Under the pieces are notes generated by a model. It did not search any database. It worked only from the letters and a program-made list of their open reading frames with translations, and was not told where the DNA came from. 64,000 nt of DNA from Squalus acanthias (lineage: Eukaryota), in the NCBI GenBank assembly GCA_030390025.1, contig CM059425.1, positions 170,564,001 through 170,628,000 of the forward strand, in the 5' to 3' direction. Numbering within the stretch: position 1 is the stretch's first letter; each line of letters begins with the position of its first letter. This document shows positions 24,056-33,991 of this stretch, piece after piece. The position numbers were made by a program, and so were the translations under genes.

Positions 24056-26925
24056 TTCAATTGACCCTCATTGTAGCATTTTCAATATAAATCTTCAAGA
24101 ATCACTAAATGTGACATATCGCCCTCTCCCAGGATAGCTCCCTTGTGTGTGAGAGACCTTAAATCCACTTGGAAAGACCATGTGCCGAAACTAGGTATGC
24201 CACCAAAACTGCCGATCCTCCCACAGCCCAAGAGCCCACAAGCTCATGGAAATTTCCCCAAGAGTCGAGCCACCCTGGACCTGGTGCCTCTGATCCAGCG
24301 GCATCCTACTCATCCCTAGGCAGCTCGCTGGTCTCAATTAAATGAGGCCCGAGGCTCAAAATCGAGTGTGCCTTGGGCCTACCCGTTCCAGCTCGGGGAT
24401 CTTTTCCTCTACCCAGTGCGCAGCGGCAGACCGTCGCTATCCAACTTCACCTCCCTGATCTCAGTGCCTTCTGTCCTCTGATTTCTGCTTGGCTGCACCC
24501 CTCCAACCTCGCTCTTTAAAATTTGGAATAAGTTTTGATTTGATAAAATGTGGGCCCCTGTGTTCCACGACCTCGCTTAGTGGACTCATGTCCAATGCAC
24601 ATTTCTCTGCCAATTCAAGAGCGCGACAATGCCCTTTGTTCCTCTCACTAGCCTCAAATTCGTATCATTCTGTCTCTTTTTCCTGTGTACGATGCTCTTG
24701 TTCTTTCTATAGATGAAGCCCTCACTTTTGCAACTGAACTTTCACTCTTTTGGCTGAAATTCTCTCTCTCACATTCTCTTCTGCTGCAAAATGTACATTT
24801 CAATTTCTGCCTCTTTTAATCCAGTTGCCATTTTTAGATATTAAAGCTTCTGTTCCATTCATTTCTAAATTTTAGATGATTTGAATTGCCTTAATCACCG
24901 CTGTAAATCAGTATCCCAAGTAGCTGGCACATAATGTTCCAGGTTTCCGGTCTGCCTCAGATATTCCACACATCTTCAATGCATGCTGCCCTGTGGGTTT
25001 TTTAAAAAAGAAAAGAAAACATGTGCAAATTCATTTTGTTTTAAAACAGAACAATTAATCAGACCTCAACCCCATAAACCTTTCGATGAAGTCAAAAATT
25101 ATTTTAAAATCTCAGAATGTAGCTGTCACATTTTGGGATCTTTTTGTCCATTTTTCACAGAGGATTTAGAAAAAGAGTCATTTTTAAACATTAGATTTTC
25201 ACACAAGTTTAAAGAAGAATTATCTGGACAAAGATGGTTTATATGCTAAAGAAAGTACTTTTCCCCAAATACATAATATGCAATTTGTTAGCCTGCCTCA
25301 CCAATCTATAAACACCACAGACCCACAATTCAACTTCGTGGGGCGCAGAATGGGTGGCAGCCAATCAGCTGCCTGTTATACACCCTGTTGACTTTTCCTC
25401 TCGATTGACTTCAATGAAAATGAAAGTCAGGCTGGGTGTATAACAGGCAGCCGATCTGCTACCTCCAGCAAAGATAAATGTTACCCCCATTGTGTTGGGA
25501 AGTCTCTGGTTCCTTTTGGCTATGAACAGGGTCGATAAACAAACTGAGACAGAGGCAGACAGTCAGGCCAGTCACAGAAGATGCCCAGCTCAGGGGATCA
25601 TAACCGAGCATAGGTTCCTGCCTCCAGGAGGGAAAGATAGAAAGGGGGAAAATTGAAAGAAAAAGGGACTGAAAAATACAATTCGAAATAATAAAAAAAC
25701 ATAATATACCTATTGAAAAAACCTTGAAAACTTCCTTTTACTTAGTTATCTATTTTGACTATGACCATTTTTCTCACGTTGCTTCAGTGAAGACAGAAAA
25801 ATTAGAAAACATCCTGATTATGCAGTTGGTATAGAGTTTTATTAAGTACACAACTTCCTGCGCTATCTCTATATTCTAAGTTATGTATCCTAGCTCACCC
25901 AAGAATGATCAAAAGGAACCTTTGTCTGGTTATTTCCATAAGGGGTCTCCTGATCTACTGCTGTGACTTTGGCAGAAGATCGACGGAGCCCTGATAGAAT
26001 TGACGGAAATGGCTAAAAACAGCCATTTACATTGTTTCTCCAGGGTTTCTGCCAAAGTTATGGCAGCATATCAGGAGAACCCCACATAAATTCTCCCCCT
26101 TATATTTGTAGCATTTTTTCACCACCACAAGAGTTAATGTCTAAATCAAAATAACAACACCAACATCATCACTCATCTTAATGAGCATACTTTCATACAC
26201 GTTCTGATTACCAAGCACTACCATTTATTAGCACAAATTATACCCTAAATCAATATAGAGTAAGTTTTTAATGTTAGCACCATTAGCTAGTAAAATAAGG
26301 GCCTTATATGTTATATGAAAATGTGGATACATGGGATTGATTATGAATATTGGGAAAAATGAATTTAATTCTGGGTTGATACATCATAAACCATGGGGGG
26401 AATTTTTCGGGGGGGTCAGCGGGGGCGTTTGGTGGCGAGTCGGCTGTGAATGTTTTTTTTTTTGACCGGGTAGGGAACCCGCTGTCAAGCTGCCTCCACG
26501 CTAGTCTCCCAGATGCTGAACAGACCCGACACCAAGCGGCGGGGGAGGCAATTTACATCATTAGAGAGATTGTTAAGAGGCACTTAAATAGTATTTTAAG
26601 CTTAGCTTTTAATTTTACGTGTTCCCCCATGGCTTCCCCACTGCTCAGGGATCATGTCAGCTCAGCAGGTCGTGAGTGGATTCAGCATTGAATTATCTGA
26701 TTACCTGACAGCTGCAAAAGTTGTATAAAAGCTCCCATCTCACAGATGTTCGCTTTCAAAGCTCAGAAACTGTTGCTTACTGCATTTGGAAGACAGATTG
26801 AGCTTTATGCTGCTTGCAAGTGTTTGGAGCCAACTCTCTATCCTGCGCTACCTCATTGGAACAACCTCTCTCAGCATTGACAGATTTACTTCTGTCATCT
26901 CATATTCACCTGCCATCTATTACAT

Positions 26926-27113
26926 TTGAATAGAGTTTGTCTGTGTTTAAATTGTGAATTCTGGGAGATTCTCTCACTGCTAACTTACCTGAGGAAGGAG
27001 CGAATAGCTCCGAAAGCTTGTAAAATTAAATAAATCTGTTGGACTATAACCTGGTGTTGTGCGACTTCTCATTTTTGTCCACCCCAGTCCAACGCCGGCA
27101 TCTCCACATCATG
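26926..27113 (+). mobile_element. Solo Penelope pseudo-LTR insertion (family 2)
   Basis: 11-bp TSD ATCTATTACAT (26915-26925, 27114-27124); absent from the sister Harbinger copy; matches 32088-32180 (reverse complement) and 32801-32842. Confidence 0.88.
26985..27023 (+). ncRNA. Minimal type I hammerhead ribozyme motif
   Basis: TTAC-CTGAGGA-A-GGAGC-gaata-GCTCC-GAAA-GCTT-GTAA: core CUGAnGA/GAAA, stem I TTAC/GTAA, stem II GGAGC/GCTCC, palindromic AAGCTT stem III. Confidence 0.8.
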
Positions 27114-28781
27114 ATCTATTACATCAGAATAGGTACGGTTTACGCTCTCTTACATTGGTCCTCAGAATCCCATCACAATCATCCCCAACACCAGCAGCAC
27201 CAGGCACACCAGCAGCACCAACAACAACACCAACCTTCTCCGCAATCAACTGATGCTGCACAGGACACAGAGCATCAGTACCTGACCATATTGCTGCCCG
27301 GGATGCCAGAGGTGGCCTCACCATAGCCAGATTTATTTCACTTGACGCTGTACACCCTGGCTGCCACATGATGCACCAGGTTGGCACCACACCAACACCA
27401 TAAAGCATCCGTACAATGCCCAAGCCATTCCTTTCACACTCATCGCCATTGCGGGGGATACCATCATGTCTCACCATTCAATGCAACTCACTAAGCCACT
27501 TCTAAAGGTGCACACAAATCTGTCCAAGAACGCAAAGTGTTGAAAATAAAGATTTCAATGTTTTACAGCACATTAACAGAAACTTCACAGGAACATTGAC
27601 TAAAACACCCAAGTGCCTACCCTTGTGTGTTGTTAGTTGATATGATTGGACTAGGATGCGGGTGTGTGTGAGGGGTGGCTAGTGAGATGGGGAAGTGATA
27701 ATGTCGATAGAGAGAGAGGAGTAAGGATGTGCAGGAGTAGGGTAGGGAAGGCAGAGTGATGGGGATGCGATGAGTGGCACAGCAGGATGAGGTTGAGTGT
27801 GGCTTTGCAGTAACATTTTGTGCTCTACTGAGGCCGTCGAAAGGTTTACACCACTGCAGCCTGATCCTCCTGACGACATCCCTGCTTGTGTCCTCCTGTG
27901 TAATGTGCAACCAGGCTGTATTGGTCTCCTGGGTAGGTCTCTTGCGCCCATGGGAAGGGAAGAGAAAGGACCTCCCTACATGCTGTGACTCCCTCCATAA
28001 GCATATGGAAAGGGTCATGGGAGAGCCTGGGGGCAGCCGTGCACCTCTGTGCAGTGCTTGTCAGTGTTTGCAGCACCTCAATGTTGTAGAACACTGGCAG
28101 CATAACTGTCAAAATCAATTTGCGCATGGTCCCTTTAAGGAAACCGGCTGATGACGCGTCACCAAATGATGTCATCAGACTCGCTTCCTTCAATTGGCTG
28201 GGAATCGCACTGGGCAGGCTCAACAAGCTCAATCAGCGTAAAATCTTTTCACAGAGCGGAATGGAGCCAGCAGCGGCATCGCACCCCGCCACCGACCCCG
28301 GCCGCACTGGACCCACCGAGGTAGGGGAAATCACGGCCCATGACACTGAAGCTTCAGTAGTTTATAATTGATATTTCAACCCTGAATACACGGGGTACCG
28401 TAGGTTATATTATAAGCGTAGTAGGGTTTTACAATATAATCTGTGGTACTCCCTGTATTGAGCAATAAATTAAGCAACACTATGCAGCCATGTCTGATTT
28501 TCAGATTCTCCTTTGACATCACGTCCTCACTCGCAAAGTTCAAACCTCGAGGAGATCAGTGACTTGCTGCTTTTGTTGTCATTCTTGCTGCCTGAAATTG
28601 TTGCTTGAAATCAATCTGTGTTGCTAAATTAAGGATCTGCGGTGTCTTTGTGCTTTTCATCGTAAGGATCTGTCTCTAATACTAGAATTGTTGCTTTTGG
28701 CAAGTTGTTATATTTGATTTAACAACAGAAAACGCTGGAAAAACTCAGCAGGCCAGGCAGCATCTGTGGAGAGAGAAACAG

Positions 28782-28818
28782 AGTTAACGTTTCAGGTCAA
28801 AGACCTTTCGTCAGAACT
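28782..28818 (-). ncRNA. Minimal hammerhead ribozyme motif (intact copy)
   Basis: Minus strand: AGTT-CTGACGA-A-AGGTC-ttt-GACCT-GAAA-CGTT-AACT. Confidence 0.8.
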
Positions 28819-28929
28819 GGAAAAAAAGCAGGAAATGAAATAGATTTAAAGCAAGGATAAAGCTGGGAAAAGGGGGAGGGGATGAAAGAACAAAAGGAGA
28901 GATTAAGAGACATTGAGAGACATTAAGAG

Positions 28930-29709
28930 GAGGATGCCACCTTCCATACCAGTGCTTCTGACATGTCTTCCTTTTTCCTCAACCGAGGATTCCCCTCTAC
29001 TGTGGTTGACACGGCCCTCAACCGTGTCCGTTCTATCTCCCGCACTTCTGCCCTCACCCCTGCCCCTCCCTCCCGGAACCACGATAGAGTTCCCCTTGTC
29101 CTCACCTTTCACCCCACCAGCCTCCACATTCAACGGATCATCCTCCGCCATTTCCGCCACCTCCAGCGTGATCCCACCACCAAACGCATCTTCCCCTCAC
29201 CTCCCCTTTCAGCATTCCGCAGGGACCGCTCCCTCCACGACACCCTAGTCCACTCCTCTACCACCCCCAGCACCCCTTCCCCTTCGCCCAGCACCTTCCC
29301 GTGCAAGCGCTGGAGATGCAACACATGCCCTTATACCTCCCCTCTTCCCACTGTCCAGGGCCCCAAACACCCCTTCCAGGTGAAACAGTGATTTACTTGT
29401 ACTTCCTGCAATTTAGTATACCGTATTCGCTGCTCACGATGTGGTCTCCTCTACATTGGGGAGACCAAACGCAGATTGGGTAACCGCTTTGCGGAACACC
29501 TCCATTCAGTCCGTAAGGGGGACCCCGAGCTCCCGGTGGCCTGTCACTTTAATTCTCCGCTCCACTCCCACTCTGACCTCACCGTCCTCGGCCTATTACA
29601 CTGTTCCACGGAAGCTCAGCATAAGCTCGAGGAACAGCACCTCATCTTTCGTTTAGGCACCCTACAGCCCTCTAGACTCAATATCGAGTTCAACAATTTT
29701 AGATCATAA
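28930..29709 (+). pseudogene. Penelope RT C-terminus, linker and GIY-YIG endonuclease
   Basis: FLNRGFP...RVPLVLTFHP...PC..RCNTC...QVKQ*FTCTSCNLVYRIRCSRCGLLYIGETKRRLGNRFAEH...VACHFN; one in-frame stop at 29389-29391. Confidence 0.92.
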
Positions 29710-29986
29710 CCTCAGCCCCTATCACATTTATATTTTATTTTTTCATCCACCCTTTTGCTTGGCCCCCCCTTTTTTTTCCTCCTAGAAGCTGGCAGCTGTC
29801 CTTCATTCTGCCAGTGCATTTCACACTTCATTTAGCCTCAACCTGTCACATTTACACCTCCTCTTGCCTTGATTATCTCTTAATGTCTCTCAATGTCTCT
29901 TGATCTCTCCTTTTGTTCTTTCATCCCCTCCCCCTTTTCCCAGCTTTATCCTTGCTTTAAATCTATTTCATTTCCTGCTTTTTTCC

Positions 29987-30023
29987 AATTCTGACGAAAG
30001 GTCTTTGACCTGAAATGTTAACT
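29987..30023 (+). ncRNA. Minimal hammerhead ribozyme motif (two substitutions)
   Basis: AATT-CTGACGA-A-AGGTC-ttt-GACCT-GAAA-TGTT-AACT. Confidence 0.65.
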
Positions 30024-30387
30024 CTGTTTCTCTCTCCACGATGCTGCCTGGCCTGCTGAGTTTTTCCAGCGTTTTCTGTTGTTATTTCAGATTTCCAGCA
30101 TCCGTAGTATTTTGCTATGTTATATTTGATTGTCTGCTTAACTACTTTAGATGTATAATCATGATGTTATTAATCTCAGTAGTGAATCGTAGTAGTGGCA
30201 GGCACGACTGCATTAATCACAGTCGTGATTTTTGGGTTCTTAGTAGTTGCATGTGATGATGCGTAAAAGGGACAAGGTAAATTAAGTGACTTCAAAATTG
30301 GATTTTAAAGCCTGAAAATTGTAGGAACAATTAAGACCTGAAAGGAGGTTTGGAATGCCCAATTTTAAGTTAAAAAGATCAAATAAA

Positions 30388-30790
30388 GGCCATGAATTCA
30401 AGCCCGACTCCAGAGACTTGAGCAAACAATCTTGGCTGACTCTTCAATGCAGTACCGAGGGGTGCTGCACAGTTGGAGGTGCCGTCTTTCAGATGAGAAG
30501 TTTAACTGAGTCACTCTCCACCTCTCTGATGGATGTACAAAATCCCATTGTGCTATTTCAAGAAAAGCAGGTTAGTTCACTTTGTTCCTGGGCAGCATTT
30601 ATCTCTTAAACCAATACCACTAAAACAGATTATCAGGTCATTTATCCCATTGCTGTTCATGGGAGCTTGCTGTGTCCAAGTTGACTGCCACATTTCTTAC
30701 CTTACAACAGTGACCACATTTCAAAAGTACTTTATTGGCTGTGAAGCATCCTGAAGTCATGAAAGGTGCTGTATAAATACAAGTTCTTTC
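30388..30790 (+). mobile_element. Deu-domain tRNA SINE (SacSINE1/AmnSINE1-like)
   Basis: B-box-like GAATTCAAGCCC, core GCAGTACCGAGGGGTGCTGCAC..TGGAGGTGCCGTCTTTCAGATGAG, and tail GAAAGGTGCTGTATAAATACAAG(TTCT)n. Confidence 0.8.
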
Positions 30791-30859
30791 ATTCTTTCAA
30801 AGAAATTCAAGCTACGTTTATCATTTTCTTCTATAAAAAAGAATAAAAAGTATTGCCCT

Positions 30860-32040
30860 TAGATGCATATTTTTATGTTGAAGATTTATGCAGTAAATGC
30901 AAAAACATTCAATACTGGTCAACCTTTTACTCTTGTCAACGTTGAAATGCAGTCCCATATTCTCATGAAAAGAACAAGAATAAAAGTTCGTTTAATGACA
31001 CAGGACATTTTGGGTAAAATCTTATTTTCTCAGTTCATGCCACTACATGTCCCAATAATTACTGATATGGATCAAAGGCGGCTGAATGGAGTTGAGGTGC
31101 AAATCAGCCATGATCTGATTGATAGGTGAAACAGTCTCGAGACTCGAGGGGCCGAATGGTGTATTCCTGTTCTTACGTACACTATATCCACTGGTACTAA
31201 AGGTCTATTTTCTTTGACAGTGAGGTGCAGAGTACAATACAGCTTTTTTTTAATTAATGTACTGATAGTCATATCTAACTTCATATCTATCACTGTATTT
31301 CCACTGCAGCAAACACTAGGGAGGGATGCTCCAATAGTATTGGGAATTAAAGTAGCCATTCTTTCCAAATTTAGAAATAACAGAAAGAACCATAACTTGG
31401 TAAGCAATATGTGTCCATATTTAACCCTTTTCCCATAACAATCATTATCCATGTTTAAAAAGGGCACCAACGTCAGTTTACCTAAATTTCAATTTGCCAA
31501 TAAACTATCGTCTTCATGGTCCATTGATATTTGGTTGACTAAATGTGACTTGAGAACTTACTTTGGAATGTGACCTAATTCCACAAAAATATCTACAATA
31601 TCTGCAGTACGTACATGTAGCCAAAGAAATTCTGACCACTTAATTCACCCCAAAGCAGAAGGCAATTATATAATAGATGTCTGAGGCCACAAATAAAATG
31701 ACCAGAAAATTCTCATACAGCAAGGTTTCCCATACATCTTTTCTACAAGTCCTTGCTTCTAACATAATTCTGTAACACCCATGAACAGCGGATCTATTAT
31801 TAATGGGATATTCTTCATGCTTGTTAATAGATTCAAAGAATACACCAGTTAATAAAGAAAAGCAGCATTGTCTAGAGTTAAATATATGCCTATTGATCAC
31901 ATTATCTTATTTAGATGTGTGCGTTCAATCACCATTAAAGATGAACATTTCTTCTTTTTATTCTTTTCAGCAAATTTGTAAAGTCATTGAGTAGATTGTA
32001 TGTACAGACATTGATTTCAAAGTGACTAATCCTGTTGCCT
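30860..32040 (+). pseudogene. Possible very old Gypsy pol (protease-RT) remnant, interrupted by a CR1 tail at about 31070-31177
   Basis: Long low-stop frames with LGRDA..LGIK, FLQVL and LSYLDV in the order expected for PR then RT; catalytic motifs not intact. Confidence 0.25.
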
Positions 32041-32087
32041 GGCTCAAATAAATCAGGTTTTTAAAACTGTAAAACTAGAATATGTCA

Positions 32088-32842
32088 AAAGTGAGAAGTC
32101 GCACAACACCAGGTTATAGTCCAACAGTTTTATTTGAAATCACAAGCTTTCGGAGCTGCTGCCCCTTCGTCAGGTGAAGTGAAGGAATACGAATCGGCAA
32201 AGCATATATAGACAGAGAACAATGCCTGTGTAGCGTACAATGTCAGACGACTACAGTTAATCTTTCTGACTGCCTTTTATCACACCTCGGCAGAGAAACA
32301 ATCAGGTCAGGAAGGCATTGTATCAAAGACATAGCAAGATACAGCTAAGACAATGAGGTGGGGTCACAGGGGGTCTAATGTGTCAAATGCAGTCTGTATG
32401 GAAAACCATAAACTTTAAAATTTTTACTTTTTTTTACTGGAAATCACATCTGTGAACAAGCCAACGACGACTCGAGTCTGGATGACTCTACGTCATGTAG
32501 CGTGACATGAACCCAAGATCCTGGTTGAGGCCGTCCTCATGGGTGCGGAACTTGGCTATCAGTTTCTGCTCGATGATTTTGCGTTGTCGTGTGTCTCGAA
32601 GGCCGCCTTGGAGAATGCTTACCCGCAGATCCGAGGCTGACTGTCCTTGACTGCTGAAGTGTTCCCCGACTGGGAGGTAACAATCCTGCCTGGCGATTGT
32701 TGCGCGGTGTCCATTCATACGTTGTCTCAGTGTCTGCATGGTCTCGCCGATGTACCATGCTCCGGTGCATGTAAAAAAAAAAGTTAAAATTTTGTCTTTT
32801 CACTTTTGTCCACCCCAGTCCAACACCGGCATCTCCGCATCA
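32088..32842 (-). mobile_element. Penelope-like element (family 2) with an inverted terminal segment
   Basis: 12-bp TSD TAGAATATGTCA (32076-32087, 32843-32854); GIY-YIG C-terminal half on - (WYIGETMQTLRQRMNGHR...VGEHFS); 32801-32842 is the 3' tip on +. Confidence 0.9.
32140..32177 (-). ncRNA. Minimal hammerhead ribozyme motif
   Basis: Minus strand: TCAC-CTGACGA-A-GGGGC-agca-GCTCC-GAAA-GCTT-GTGA. Confidence 0.8.
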
Positions 32843-32944
32843 TAGAATATGTCAGTTTAAAAAGAAATTACTATAACTGAAAATGATTTTCAAGAACATT
32901 CAGGAGGGAAAGGAAGGGAGACCATCAGATTCTTTATATTTGAA

Positions 32945-33810
32945 GACTCCCCCCGTGCCCCCGTGATCTCCTTGTGTCCCCCCCTCCCCCTGCCCCCGGC
33001 GATCGGACCCCCGTCTGACCTCCATCACCTTCCCCACCATATTCTACCCCCGACCACCATCTCTCCACCGCCCCCCCACTAGAATCCCGACTGCAATCCC
33101 TCTATGCCTCTCTATCTGCTTTTGCTCGATGGGTCCTTGTGCTGCAGGCTTTCCCACTCAACAGTCTGCCAGCCTGTCAAGCAGGTTTGCTGTTGGGCAC
33201 AAAACCTGGAGGTTCTGGTTTCCCCGCATGCGGTGGAGTTTTGCGTACGTCTTTTTTTTTTAAACAGGATCCCTGACAGCCTGATTGACAGACTTGGTTT
33301 CCAGTCGGGCGGGGAGCGCTGCAGAGCAGGCCGCAGCCACAGGTAAGGAGCCTGCAGCTGCTAGTGAGAGCATGGGGAGGTTCCGATCCCCAATCCCAGG
33401 GAGCTCCGATCTGCGACCCCGGGAGGGGGTCCAAACTACGACACTGGGAGGATCTCTGGATTGGGGGTGTAATGGGGTGGGGTCCGATCCCAGGGAAGGA
33501 GATAAGCTTGGGGGGCCAGGGGAAAGCTCTCCTGGTCCTCTTGGCCCACAAGCAGTGCTGTAAGGACACTTACCTGTTTCCCAAAGCTGTCCTCGCCTCC
33601 CTTTTCTGCCGGGTTTCCCAAGGCCTGGGAAACCTGGCTGGCCAGGGTTAAACCTGTAAAACAGATTAAATGTGAGGCTCCAGCCATGTTATAATGTTTA
33701 AACCCAAAGTGGGCGGGTTGAAGGCAGGTTGGGATCAGGTTGGAGACTTTTTAATTTTACATCTCACCCGACCCCAACCCACCTGTTTTGGGGGGTTAAA
33801 CTTACCCCCA
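32945..33810. mobile_element. MITE related to 44230-44875 in opposite orientation; left end unclear
   Basis: 33535-33800 matches the reverse complement of about 44235-44555; ends GTTAAACTTACCCC. Confidence 0.6.
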
Positions 33811-33991
33811 TTAACTCCGTTGCCCTCTCCACAGATGCTGCCTAACCTGCTGAGTTTTTCAAGAATTTTCTTTTTTTATTTGAGATTTCCAGCATCCACT
33901 GTATTTTACTTTTTTTTAATCAAAGAATAATATTGTCTGTGAAAAAATTGTTTGATTGAAACACTCACCCTGCAAAAGGAGTTGATACAGA

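Larger units (their letters stand above)
26395..28338. mobile_element. Non-autonomous Harbinger derivative (Myb on -, deleted transposase on +)
   Basis: TSD CAT/CAT (26392-26394, 28339-28341); Myb remnant AAPRLSHDPFHMLMEGVTACREVL; inverted sister copy at 33992-36083. Confidence 0.9.
28720..30117 (+). mobile_element. Penelope-like element (family 1), 5'-truncated, with an inverted pseudo-LTR
   Basis: 14-bp TSD TGTTATATTTGATT (28706-28719, 30118-30131); arm 28720-28929 is the reverse complement of about 29876-30084; GIY-YIG coding region lies between the arms. Confidence 0.93.

Noticed and set aside
24600..24930. Gypsy gag coiled-coil remnant
   Set aside because: Only a Glu/Lys-rich composition on - with stops; no diagnostic motif, LTR or clear PBS.
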